From positions 15,686,001 to 15,750,000 of the forward strand of contig OZ024741.1 of assembly GCA_964016885.1 (NCBI GenBank): DNA of 64,000 nucleotides, read 5' to 3'. Below, piece after piece: positions 1 to 16,830 of this stretch (within the stretch, counting starts at the first letter, position 1; each line of letters begins with the position of its first letter). Made by a program: the position numbers and the translations under genes. The notes beneath the pieces were generated by a model. The model was not told where the DNA came from and did not search any database. It worked only from the letters and a program-made list of their open reading frames with translations. This DNA is from Eledone cirrhosa. Lineage: Eukaryota.

Positions 1-3000
1 AACAATAACACCAAATACCACAACAGTAACACTAACAATAACACCAAATACCACAACAGTAATACTAACAATAACACCAAATACCACAAGAGTAACACTA
101 ACAATAACACCAAATACCACAACAGTAACACTAACAATAACACCAAATACCACAATAGTAACACTAACAATAACACCAAATACCACAACAGTAATACTAA
201 CAATAATACCAAATACCACAACAGTAACACTAACAATAACACCAAATACCACTACATTAACACTAACAATAACACCAAATACCACAACAGTAACACTAAC
301 ACTAACACCAAATACCACAACAGTAACACTAACAATAACACCAAATACCACTACAGTAACAATAACAATAACACCAAATACCACAAGAGTAACACTAACA
401 CTAACACTAACACCAAATACCACAACAGTAATACTAACAATAACACCAAATACCACAACAGTAACACTAACACTAACACTAACACCAAATACCACAACAG
501 TAACACTAACACTAACACTAACACCAAATACCACAACAGTAATACTAACAATAACACCAAATACCACAACAGTAACACTAACACTAACACCAAATACCAC
601 TACAGTAATACTAACAATAACACCAAATACGACAACAGTAACACTAACAATAACACTAAATACCACAACAGTAACACTAACAATAACACCAAATACCACA
701 AGAGTAACCCTAACAATAACACCAAATACCACAAGAGTAACACTAACAATAACACCAAATACCACAAGAGTAACACTAACAATAACACTAAATACCACAA
801 GAGTAACACTAACAATAACACCAAATACCACAAGAGTAACAATAACAATAACACCAAATACCACTACAGTAACACTAACAATAACACCAAATACCACAAG
901 AGTAACACTAACAATAACACCAAATACCACAAGAGTAGCACTAACAATAACAACAAATACCACAACAGTAACACTAACAATAACACCAAATACCACAACA
1001 GTAACACTAGCAATAACACTAAATACCACAACAGTAACACTAACAATAACACCAAATACCACAACAGTAACACTAACAATAACACTAAATACCACAACAG
1101 TAACACTAACAATAACACCAAATACCACAAGAGTAACACTAACAATAACACCAAATACCACAAGAGTAACACTAACAATAACACCAAATACCACAAGAGT
1201 AACACTAACAATAACACCAAATACCACAACAGTAACACTAACAATAACACCAAATACCACAACAGTAACACTAACAATAACACCAAATACCACAACAGTG
1301 ACACTAACAATAACACCAAATACCACAAGAGTAACACTAGCAATAACACCAAATACCACAAGAGTAACACTAACAATAACACCAAATACCACAAGAGTAA
1401 CACTAACAATAACACCAAATACCACAACAGTATCACTAACAATAACACCAAATACCACAACAGTAACACTAACTATAACACCAAATACCACAACAGTAAC
1501 ACTAACAATAACACCAAATACCACAACAGTGACACTAACAATATCACCAAATACCACAACAGTAACACTAACAATAACACCAAATACCACAACAGTAACA
1601 CTAACAATAACACCAAATACCACAACAGTGACACTAACAATATCACCAAACACCACAACAGTAACACTAACAATAACACCAAATACCACAAGAGTAACAC
1701 TAACAATAACACCAAATACCACAAGAGTAACAATAACAATAACACCAAATACCACTACAGTAACACTAACAATAACACCAAATACCACAAGAGTAACACT
1801 AACAATAACACCAAATACCACAAGAGTAGCACTAACAATAACAACAAATACCACAACAGTAACACTAACAATAACACCAAATACCACAACAGTAACACTA
1901 GCAATAACACTAAATACCACAACAGTAACACTAACAATAACACCAAATACCACAACAGTAACACTAACAATAACACTAAATACCACAACAGTAACACTAA
2001 CAATAACACCAAATACCACTAGAGTAACACTAACAATAACACCAAATACCACAAGAGTAACACTAACAATAACACCAAATACCACAAGAGTAACACTAAC
2101 AATAACACCAAATACCACAACAGTAACACTAACAATAACACCAAATACCACAACAGTAACACTAACAATAACACCAAATACCACAACAGTGACACTAACA
2201 ATAACACCAAATACCACAAGAGTAACACTAACAATAACACCAAATACCACAAGAGTAACACTAACAATAACACCAAATACCACAAGAGTAACACTAACAA
2301 TAACACCAAATACCACAAGAGTAGCACTAACAATAACACCAAATACCACAACAGTAACACTAACAATAACACCAAATACCACAAGAGTAACACTAACAAT
2401 AACACCAAATACCACAACAGTGACACTAACAATATCACCAAATACCACAACAGTAACACTAACAATAACACCAAATACCACAACAGTAACACTAACAATA
2501 ACACCAAATACCACAACAGTGACACTAACAATATCACCAAACACCACAACAGTAACACTAACAATAACACCAAATACCACAAGAGTAACACTAACAATAA
2601 CACCAAATACCACAACAGTAACACTAACAATAACACCAAATACCACAAGAGTAACACTAACAATAACACCAAATACCACAAGAGTAACACTAACAATAAC
2701 ACCAAATACCACAACAGTAACACTAACAACAACACCAAATACCACAAGAGTAACACTAACAATAACACCTAATACCACAAGAGTAGCACTAACAATAACA
2801 CCAAATACCACAACAATAACACTAACAATAACACCAAATACCACAACAGTAACACTAACAATAACACCAAATACCACAACAGTGACACTAACAATAACAC
2901 CAAATACCACAAGAGTAACACTAACAATAACACCAAATACCACAAGAGTAACACTAACAATAACACCAAATACCACAACAGTAACACTAGCAACAACACC

Positions 3001-5300
3001 AAATACCACAACAGTGACACTAACAATAACACCAAATACCACAAGAGTAACACTAACAATAACACCAAATACCACAAGAGTAACACTAACAATAACACCA
3101 AATACCACAACAGTGACACTAACAATAACACCAAATACCACAAGAGTAACACTAGCAATAACACCAAATACCACAAGAGTAACACTAACAATAACACCAA
3201 ATACCACAAGAGTAACACTAACAATAACACCAAATACCACAACAGTATCACTAACAATAACACCAAATACCACAACAGTAACACTAACTATAACACCAAA
3301 TACCACAACAGTAACACTAACAATAACACCAAATACCACAACAGTGACACTAACAATATCACCAAATACCACAACAGTAACACTAACAATAACACCAAAT
3401 ACCACAACAGTAACACTAACAATAACACCAAATACCACAACAGTGACACTAACAATATCACCAAACACCACAACAGTAACACTAACAATAACACCAAATA
3501 CCACAAGAGTAACACTAACAATAACACCAAATACCACAAGAGTAACAATAACAATAACACCAAATACCACTACAGTAACACTAACAATAACACCAAATAC
3601 CACAAGAGTAACACTAACAATAACACCAAATACCACAAGAGTAGCACTAACAATAACAACAAATACCACAACAGTAACACTAACAATAACACCAAATACC
3701 ACAACAGTAACACTAGCAATAACACTAAATACCACAACAGTAACACTAACAATAACACCAAATACCACAACAGTAACACTAACAATAACACTAAATACCA
3801 CAACAGTAACACTAACAATAACACCAAATACCACAAGAGTAACACTAACAATAACACCAAATACCACAAGAGTAACACTAACAATAACACCAAATACCAC
3901 AAGAGTAACACTAACAATAACACCAAATACCACAACAGTAACACTAACAATAACACCAAATACCACAACAGTAACACTAACAATAACACCAAATACCACA
4001 ACAGTGACACTAACAATAACACCAAATACCACAAGAGTAACACTAACAATAACACCAAATACCACAAGAGTAACACTAACAATAACACCAAATACCACAA
4101 GAGTAACACTAACAATAACACCAAATACCACAAGAGTAGCACTAACAATAACACCAAATACCACAACAGTAACACTAACAATAACACCAAATACCACAAG
4201 AGTAACACTAACAATAACACCAAATACCACAACAGTGACACTAACAATATCACCAAATACCACAACAGTAACACTAACAATAACACCAAATACCACAACA
4301 GTAACACTAACAATAACACCAAATACCACAACAGTGACACTAACAATATCACCAAACACCACAACAGTAACACTAACAATAACACCAAATACCACAAGAG
4401 TAACACTAACAATAACACCAAATACCACAACAGTAACACTAACAATAACACCAAATACCACAAGAGTAACACTAACAATAACACCAAATACCACAAGAGT
4501 AACACTAACAATAACACCAAATACCACAACAGTAACACTAACAACAACACCAAATACCACAAGAGTAACACTAACAATAACACCTAATACCACAAGAGTA
4601 GCACTAACAATAACACCAAATACCACAACAATAACACTAACAATAACACCAAATACCACAACAGTAACACTAACAATAACACCAAATACCACAACAGTGA
4701 CACTAACAATAACACCAAATACCACAAGAGTAACACTAACAATAACACCAAATACCACAAGAGTAACACTAACAATAACACCAAATACCACAACAGAAAC
4801 ACTAGCAACAACACCAAATACCACAACAGTGACACTAACAATAACACCAAATACCACAAGAGTAACACTAACAATAACACCAAATACCACAAGAGTAACA
4901 CTAACAATAACACCAAATACACAACAGTAATACTAACAATAACACCAAATACCACAACAGTAATACTAACAATAACACCAAATACCACAAGAGTAACACT
5001 AACAATAACACCAAATACCACAACAGTAATACTAACAATAACACCAAATACCACAAGAGTAACACTAACAATAACACCAAATACCACAAGAGTAACACTT
5101 ACAATAACACCAAATACCACAACAGTAATACTAACAATAACACCAAATACCACAAGAGTAACACTAACAATAACACCAAATACCACAAGAGTAACACTAA
5201 CAATAACACCAAATACCACAACAGTAACACTAGCAACAACACCAAATACCACAACAGTGACACTAACAATAACACCAAATACCACAAGAGTAGCACTAAC
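1..5300. repeat. Array domain I: rich in the ACAAGAGTA (ACA>AGA) monomer variant
   Basis: The AGA variant occurs in a large share of monomers here, often in runs of 2-4, together with CTAGCA and GTGACA variants. It is sparse after ~5300. Confidence 0.85.
1290..4920. repeat. Tandem duplication of a 55-monomer block (1,815 bp)
   Basis: Markers at identical offset: GTG 1298/3113, CCT 2768/4583, AAACACC ~1648/3463. ORF-track pair 1473..1748 and 3288..3563. Confidence 0.92.
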
Positions 5301-8300
5301 AATAACACCAAATACCACAACAGTAACACTAACAATAACACCAAATACCACAACAGTAATACTATCACTAACACCAAATACCACAACAGTAACACTAACA
5401 ATAACACCAAATACCACAACAGAAACACTAACAATAACACCAAATACCACTACAGTAACACTAACAATAACACCAAATACCACAACAGTAACACTAACAA
5501 TAACACCAAATACCACAACGGTAACACTCACAATAACACCAAATACCACTACAGTAGCACTAACAATAACACCAAATAGCACAGCGGTAACATTAACAAT
5601 AACACCAAATACCACAACAGTAACACTAACAATAACACCAAATACCACAACAGTAACACTAACAATAACACCAAATACCACAACAGTAACACTAACAATA
5701 ACACCAAATACCACAACAGTAACACTAACAATAACACCAAATACCACAACAGTAATACTAACAATATCACCAAATACCACAACAGTAACACTAACAATAA
5801 CACCAAATACCACAACAGTAACACTAACAATAACACCAAATACCACAACAGTAATACTAACAATATCACCAAATACCACAACAGTAACACTAACAATAAC
5901 ACCAAATACCACAACAGTAATACTAACAATATCACCAAATACCACAACAGTAACACTAACAATAACACCAAATACCACAACAGTAACACTGACAATAACA
6001 CCAAATACCACAACAGTAATACTAACAATAACACCAAATACCACAACAGTAACACTAACAATAACACCAAATACCACAACAGTAATACTAACAATAACAC
6101 CAAATACCACAACAGTAACACTAACAATAACACCAAATACCACAACAGTAACACTAACAATAACACCAAATACCACAACAGTAACACTAACAGTAACACC
6201 AAATACCACAACAGTAACACTAACAATAAAACCAAATACCACAACAGTAATACTAACAATAACACCAAATGCCACAACAGTAACACTAACAATAACACCA
6301 AATACCACAACAGTAACATTAACAATAACACCAAGTACCACAACAGTAACACTAACAATAACACCAAATACCACAACAGTAACACTAACAATAACACCAA
6401 ATACCACAACAGTAATACAAATAATAACACCAAATACCACAACAGTAACACTAACAATAACACCAAATACCACAACAGTAACACTAACAATAACACCAAA
6501 TACCACAACAGTAACACTAACAATAACACCAAATACCACAACAGTAATACTAACAATAACACCAAATACTACAACAGTAACACTAACAATAACACCAAAT
6601 ACCACAACAGTAACACTAACAATAACACCAAATAGCACAACAGTAACACTAACAATAACACCAAATACCAAAACAGTAACACTAACAATAACACCAAGTA
6701 CCACAACAGTAACACCAACAATAACACCAAATACCACAAGAGTAACACTAACAATAACACCAAATACCACTACAGTAACAATAACAATAACACCAAATAC
6801 CACAACAGTAACACTAACAATAACACCAAATACCACAACAGTAACACTAACAATAACACCAAATACCACAACAGTAACACTAACAATAACACCAAATACC
6901 ACTACAGTAACACTAACAATAACACCAAATACCACAACAGTAGCACTAACAATAACACCAAATACCACAACAGTAACACTAACAATAACACCAAATACTA
7001 CTACAGTAACACTAACAATAACACCAAATACCACAACAGTAACACTAACAATAACACCAAATACCACTACAGTAACACTAACAATAACACCAAATACCAC
7101 AACAGTAACACTAACAATAACACCAAATACCACAACAGTAACACTAACAATAACACCAAATACCACAGCGGTAACACTAACAATAACACCAAATACCACA
7201 ACAGTAACACTAACAATAACACCAAATACCACAGCGGTAACACTAACAATAACACCAAATACCACAACAGTAACACTAACAATAACACCAAATACCACAA
7301 GAGTAACAATAACAATAACACCAAATACCACTACAGTAACACTAACAATAACACCAAATACCACTACAGTAACACTAACAATAACACCAAATACCACAAC
7401 AGTAACACTAACAATAACACCAAATACCACAAGAGTAACAATAACAATAACACCAAATACCACAACAGTAACACTAACAATAACACCAAATACCACAACA
7501 GTAATACTAACAATAACACCAAATACCACTACAGTAACACTAACAATAACACCAAGTACCACAACAGTAACACTAACAATAACACCAAATACCGCAACAG
7601 TAACACTAACAATAACACCAAATACCACAACAGTAATACTAACAATAACACCAAATACCACTACAGTAACACTAACAATAACACCAAATACCACAACAGT
7701 AACACTAACAATAACACCAAATACCACAACAGTAATACTAACAATAACACCAAATACCACTACAGTAACACTAACAATAACACCAAATACCACAACAGTA
7801 ACACTAACAATATCACCAAATACCACAACAGTAACACTAACAATAACACCAAATACCACAACAGTAACACTAACAATATCACCAAATACCACTACAGTAA
7901 CACTAACTATAACACCAAATACCACAACAGTAACACTAAAAATAACACCAAATACCACAACGGTAACACTAACAATAACACCAAATACCACAACAGTAAC
8001 ACTAACAATAACACCAAATACCACTCCAGTAACACTAACAATAACACCAAATACCACAACAGTAACACTAACAATATCACCAAATACCACTACAGTAACA
8101 CTAACAATAACACCAAATACCACTACAGTAACACTAACAATATCACCAAATACCACAACAGTAACACTAACACTAACACCAAATACCACAACAGTAACAC
8201 TAACAATAACACCAAATACCACAACAGTAACACTAACAATAACAATAAATACCACAACAGTAATACTAACAATAATACCAAATACCACAACAGTAACACT

Positions 8301-9018
8301 AACAATTACACCAAATACCACAACAGTAACACTAACACTAACACCAAATACCACAACAGTAACACTAACAATAACACCAAATACCACAACAGTAACACTA
8401 ACAATAACACCAAATACCACAACAGTAACACTAACAATAACACCAAATACCACAACAGTAACACTAACACTAACACCAAATACCACAACAGTAACACTAA
8501 CAATAACACCAAATACCACAACAGTAACACTAACAATAACACCAAATACCACAACAGTAATACTAACAATAACACCAAATACCACAACAGTAACACTAAC
8601 AATAACACCAAATACCACAACTGTAATACTAACAATTACACCAAATACCACAACAGTAACACTAACAATAACACCAAATACCACTACAGTAACACTAACA
8701 ATAACACCAAATACCACAACAGTAACACTAACAATAACACCAAATACCACAACAGTAGCACTAACAATATCACCAAATACCACAACAGTAACACTAACAA
8801 TAACACCAAATACCACAACAGTAGCACTAACAATAACACCAAATACCACAACAGTAACACTAACAACAACACCAAATACCACAACAGTAACACTAACTAT
8901 AACACCAAATACCACAACAGTAACACTAACAATATCACCAAATACCACAACAGTAACACTAACAATAACACCAAATACCACAACAGTAACACTAACAATA
9001 ACACCAAATACCACAACA
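5301..9018. repeat. Array domain II: heterogeneous monomers with many private variants and no obvious multi-kb duplication
   Basis: Rare or singleton changes, e.g. CTC ~5527, CTG ~5989, ATACAAATAATA ~6415, ACTCCA ~8023, ACAATAAAT ~8242. Confidence 0.6.
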
Positions 9019-9139
9019 TAACACTAACAATAACACCAAATACCACAACAGTAACACTAACAATAACACCAAATACCACAACAGTAACACTAACAATAAC
9101 ACCAAATACCACAACAGTAGCACTAACAATATCACCAAA

Positions 9140-12100
9140 TACCACAACAGTAACACTAACAATATCACCAAATACCACTACAGTAACACTAACAATAACA
9201 CCAAATACCACAACAGTAACACTAACAATAACACCAAATGCCACAACAGTGACACTAACAATAACACCAAATACCACTACAGTAACACTAACAATAACAC
9301 CAAATACCACAACAGTAACACTAACAATAACACCAAATACCACAACAGTAATACTAACAATAACACCAAATACCACAACAGCAAAACTAAAACTAACACC
9401 AAATACGACAACAGTAGCACTAACAATAACACCAAATACCACAACAGTAACACTAACCATAACACCAAATACCACAACAGTAACACTAACAATAACACCA
9501 AATAACACAACAGTAACACTAACAATAACACCAAATACCACAACAGTAACACTAACAATAACACCAAATACCACAACAGTAACACTAACAATAACACCAA
9601 ATACCACAACAGTAATACTAACAATAACACCAAATACCACAACAGTGACACTAAAACTAACACCAAATAGCACAGCAGTAGCACTAACAATAACACCAAA
9701 TACCACAACAGTAACACTAACCATAACACCAAATACCACAACAGTAACACTAACAATAACATCAAATACCACAACAGTAACACTAACAATAACACCAAAT
9801 ACCACAACAGTAACACTAACAATAACACCAGATACCACAACAGTAACACTAACAATAACACCAAATACCACAACAGTAATACTAACAATAACACCAAATA
9901 CCACAACAGTAATACTAACAATAACACCAAATACCACAACAGTAACACTAACAATAACACCAAATACCACAACAGTAACACTAACAATAACACCAAATAC
10001 CACAACAGTAACACTAACAATAACACCAAATACCACAACAGTAATACTAACAATAACACCGAATACCACAACAGTAATACTAACAATAACACCAAATACC
10101 ACAACAGTAACACTAACAATAACACCAAATACCACAACAGTAACACTAACAATAACACCAAATACCACAACAGTAACACTAACAATAACACCAAATACCA
10201 CAACAGTAATACTAACAATAACACCAAATACCACAACAGTAATACTAACAATAACACCAAATACCACAACAGTAACACTAACAATAACACCAAATACCAC
10301 AACAGTAACACTAAAACTAACACCAAATACGACAACAGTAGCACTAACAATAACACCAAATACCACAACAGTAACACTAACCATAACACCAAATACCACA
10401 ACAGTAACACTATCAATAACCCCAAATACCACAACAGTAACACTAACAATAACACCAAATACCACAACAGTAACACTAACAATAACACCAAATACCACAA
10501 CAGTAACACTAACAATAACACCAAATACCACAACAGTAATACTAACAATAACACCAAATACCACAACAGTAACACTAAAACTAACACCAAATACCACAAC
10601 AGTAGCAGTAACAATAACACCAAATACCACAACAGTAACACTAACAATAACACCAAATACCACAACAGTAACACTAACAATAACACCAAATACCACAACA
10701 GTAACACTAACAATAACACCAAATACCACAACAATAACACTAACAATAACACCAAGTACCACAACAGTAACACTAACAATAACACCAAATACCACAACGG
10801 TAATACTAACAATAACACCAAATACCACAACAGTAACACTAACAATAACACCAAATACCACAACAGTAACACTAACAATAACACCAAATACCACAACAGT
10901 GTCACTAACAATAACACCAAATACCACAACAGTAACACTAACAATAACACCAAATACCACAACAGTAACACTAACAATAACACCAAATACCACAACAGTA
11001 ACACTAACAATAACACCAAATACCACAACAGTAACACTAACAATAACACCAAATACCACAACAGTAATACTAACAGTAACACCAAATACCACAACAGTAA
11101 CACTAACAATAACACCAAATACCACAACAGTAACACTAACAATAACACCAAATACCACAGCGGTAACACTAACAATAACACCAAATACCACAACAGTAAC
11201 ACTAACAATAACACCAAATACCACTACAGTAACACTAACAATAACACCAAATACCACAACAGTAACACTAACACTAACACCAAATACCACAACAGTAACA
11301 CTAACAATAACACCAAATACCACAACAGTAACACTAACAATGACACCAAATACCACAACAGTAATACTAACAATAACACCAAATACCACAACAGTAACAC
11401 TAACAATAACACCAAATACCACAACTGTAATACTAACAATTACTCCTAATACCACAACAGTAACACTAACAATAACACCAAATACCACAACTGTAATACT
11501 AACAATTACACCAAATACCACAACAGTAACACTAACAATAACACCAAATACCACAACAGTAACACTAACAATATCACCAAATACCACTACAGTAACACTA
11601 ACAATAACACCAAATACCACAACAGTAACACTAACAATAACACCAAATGCCACAACAGTGACACTAACAATAACACCAAATACCACTACAGTAACACTAA
11701 CAATAACACCAAATACCACAACAGTAACACTAACAATAACACCAAATACCACAACAGTAATACTAACAATAACACCAAATACCACAACAGCAACACTAAA
11801 ACTAACACCAAATACGACAACAGTAGCACTAACAATAACACCAAATACCACAACAGTAACACTAACCATAACACCAAATACCACAACAGTAACACTAACA
11901 ATAACACCAAATAACACAACAGTAACACTAACAATAACACCAAATACCACAACAGTAACACTAACAATAACACCAAATACCACAACAGTAACACTAACAA
12001 TAACACCAAATACCACAACAGTAATACTAACAATAACACCAAATACCACAACAGTGACACTAAAACTAACACCAAATACCACAGCAGTAGCACTAACAAT

Positions 12101-15100
12101 AACACCAAATACCACAACAGTAACACTAACCATAACACCAAATACCACAACAGTAACACTAACAATAACATCAAATACCACAACAGTAACACTAACAATA
12201 ACACCAAATACCACAACAGTAACACTAACAATAACACCAAATACCACAACAGTAACACTAACAATAACACCAAATACCACAACAGTAATACTAACAATAA
12301 CACCAAATACCACAACAGTAATACTAACAATAACACCAAATACCACAACAGTAACACTAACAATAACACCAAATACCACAACAGTTACACTAACAATAAC
12401 ACCAAATACCACAACAGTAACACTAACAATAACACCAAATACCACAACAGTAACACTAACAATATCACCAAATACCACAACAGTAACACTAACAATAACA
12501 CCAAATACCACAACAGTAGCACTAACAATAACACCAAATACCACAACAGTAACACTAACAATAACACCAAATACCACAACAGTAACACTAACTATAACAC
12601 CAAATACCACAACAGTAACACTAACAATATCACCAAATACCACAACAGTAACACTAACAATAACACCAAATACCACAACAGTAACACTAACAATAACACC
12701 AAATACCACAACAGTAACACTAACAATAACACCAAATACCACAACAGTAACACTAACAATAACACCAAATACCACAACAGTAACACTAACAATAACACCA
12801 AATACCACAACAGTGACACTAACAATAACACCAAATACCACAACAGTAGCACTAACAATATCACCAAATACCACTACAGTAACACTAACAATAACACCAA
12901 ATAGCACAACAGTAACACTAACAAAAACACCAAATACCACAACAGTAACACTAACAATAACACCAAATACCACAACAGTAACACTAACAATATCACCAAA
13001 TACCACTACAGTAACACTAACAATAACACCAAATACCACAACAGTAACACTAACAATAACACCAAATGCCACAACAGTGACACTAACAATAACACCAAAT
13101 ACCACTACAGTAACACTAACAATAACACCAAATACCACAACAGTAACACTAACAATAACACCAAATACCACAACAGTAATACTAACAATAACACCAAATA
13201 CCACAACAGCAACACTAAAACTAACACCAAATACGACAACATTAGCACTAACAATAAAACCAAATACCACAACAGTAACACTAACCATAACACCAAATAC
13301 CACAACAGTAACACTAACAATAACACCAAATAACACAACAGTAACACTAACAATAACACCAAATACCACAACAGTAACACTAACAATAACACCAAATACC
13401 ACAACAGTAACACTAACAATAACACCAAATACCACAACAGTAATACTAACAATAACACCAAATACCACAACAGTGACACTAAAACTAACACCAAATACCA
13501 CAGCAGTAGCACTAACAATAACACCAAATACCACAACAGTAACACTAACCATAACACCAAATACCACAACAGTAACACTAACAATAACATCAAATACCAC
13601 AACAGTAACACTAACAATAACACCAAATACCACAACAGTAACACTAACAATAACAGCAAATACCACAACAGTAACACTAACAATAACACCAAATACCACA
13701 ACAGTAATACTAACAATAACACCAAATACCACAACAGTAATACTAACAATAACACCAAATACCACAACAGTAACACTAACAATAACACCAAATACCACAA
13801 CAGTTACACTAACAATAACACCAAATACCACAACAGTAACACTAACAATAACACCAAATACCACAACAGTAATACTAACAATAACACCAAATACCACAAC
13901 AGTAGCACTAACAATAACACCAAATACCACAACAGTAACACTAACAACAACACCAAATACCACAACAGTAACACTAACTATAACACCAAATACCACAACA
14001 GTAACACTAACAATATCACCAAATACCACAACAGTAACACTAACAATAACACCAAATACCACAACAGTAACACTAACAATAACACCAAATACCACAACAT
14101 AACACTAACAATAACACCAAATACCACAACAGTAACACTAACAATAACACCAAATACCACAACAGTAACACTAACAATAACACCAAATACCACAACAGTA
14201 GCACTAACAATATCACCAAATACCACTACAGTAACACTAACAATAACACCAAATACCATAACAGTAACACTAACAATAACACCAAATACCACAACAGTAA
14301 CACTAACAATAACACCAAATACCACAACAGTAACACTAACAATATCACCAAATACCACTACAGTAACACTAACAATAACACCAAATACCACAACAGTAAC
14401 ACTAACAATAACACCAAATGCCACAACAGTGACACTAACAATAACACCAAATACCACTACAGTAACACTAACAATAACACCAAATACCACAACAGTAACA
14501 CTAACAATAACACCAAATACCACAACAGTAATACTAACAATAACACCAAATACCACAACAGCAACACTAAAACTAACACCAAATACGACAACAGTAGCAC
14601 TAACAATAACACCAAATACCACAACAGTAACACTAACCATAACACCAAATACCACAACAGTAACACTAACAATAACACCAAATAACACAACAGTAACACT
14701 AACAATAACACCAAATACCACAACAGTAACACTAACAATAACACCAAATACCACAACAGTAACACTAACAATAACACCAAATACCACAACAGTAATACTA
14801 ACAATAACACCAAATACCACAACAGTGACACTAAAACTAACACCAAATAGCACAGCAGTAGCACTAACAATAACACCAAATACCACAACAGTAACACTAA
14901 CCATAACACCAAATACCACAACAGTAACACTAACAATAACATCAAATACCACAACAGTAACACTAACAATAACACCAAATACCACAACAGTAACACTAAC
15001 AATAACACCAGATACCACAACAGTAACACTAACAATAACACCAAATACCACAACAGTAATACTAACAATAACACCAAATACCACAACAGTAATACTAACA

Positions 15101-16830
15101 ATAACACCAAATACCACAACAGTAACACTAACAATAACACCAAATACCACAACAGTAACACTAACAATAACACCAAATACCACAACAGTAACACTAACAA
15201 TAACACCAAATACCACAACAGTAATACTAACAATAACACCGAATACCACAACAGTAATACTAACAATAACACCAAATACCACAACAGTAACACTAACAAT
15301 AACACCAAATACCACAACAGTAACACTAACAATAACACCAAATACCACAACAGTAACACTAACAATAACACCAAATACCACAACAGTAATACTAACAATA
15401 ACACCAAATACCACAACAGTAATACTAACAATAACACCAAATACCACAACAGTAACACTAACAATAACACCAAATACCACAACAGTAACACTAAAACTAA
15501 CACCAAATACGACAACAGTAGCACTAACAATAACACCAAATACCACAACAGTAACACTAACCATAACACCAAATACCACAACAGTAACACTATCAATAAC
15601 CCCAAATACCACAACAGTAACACTAACAATAACACCAAATACCACAACAGTAACACTAACAATAACACCAAATACCACAACAGTAACACTAACAATAACA
15701 CCAAATACCACAACAGTAATACTAACAATAACACCAAATACCACAACAGTAACACTAAAACTAACACCAAATACCACAACAGTAGCAGTAACAATAACAC
15801 CAAATACCACAACAGTAACACTAACAATAACACCAAATACCACAACAGTAACACTAACAATAACACCAAATACCACAACAGTAACACTAACAATAACACC
15901 AAATACCACAACAATAACACTAACAATAACACCAAGTACCACAACAGTAACACTAACAATAACACCAAATACCACAACGGTAATACTAACAATAACACCA
16001 AATACCACAACAGTAACACTAACAATAACACCAAATACCACAACAGTAACACTAACAATAACACCAAATACCACAACAGTGTCACTAACAATAACACCAA
16101 ATACCACAACAGTAACACTAACAATAACACCAAATACCACAACAGTAACACTAACAATAACACCAAATACCACAACAGTAACACTAACAATAACACCAAA
16201 TACCACAACGGTAACACTAACAATAACACCAAATACCACAACAGTAATACTAACAGTAACACCAAATACCACAACAATAACACTAACAATAACACCAAAT
16301 ACCACAACAGTAACACTAACAATAACACCAAATACCACAGCGGTAACACTAACAATAACACCAAATACCACAACAGTAACACTAACAATAACACCAAATA
16401 CCACTACAGTAACACTAACAATAACACCAAATACCACAACAGTAACACTAACACTAACACCAAATACCACAACAGTAACACTAACAATAACACCAAATAC
16501 CACAACAGTAACACTAACAATGACACCAAATACCACAACAGTAATACTAACAATAACACCAAATACCACAACTGTAATACTAACAATTACTCCTAATACC
16601 ACAACAGTAACACTAACAATAACACCAAATACCACAACTGTAATACTAACAATTACACCAAATACCACAACAGTAACACTAACAATAACACCAAATACCA
16701 CAACAGTAACACTAACAATATCACCAAATACCACTACAGTAACACTAACAATAACACCAAATACCACAACAGTAACACTAACAATAACACCAAATGCCAC
16801 AACAGTGACACTAACAATAACACCAAATAC
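9140..16830. repeat. Block at ~9.1-11.7 kb duplicated at ~14.3-16.8 kb (offset 5,180 = 157 x 33 - 1)
   Basis: GAT variant 9831/15011, AATAGC ~9666/14846, CCG ~10059/15239, GTAGCAGTA ~10602/15782. Confidence 0.92.
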
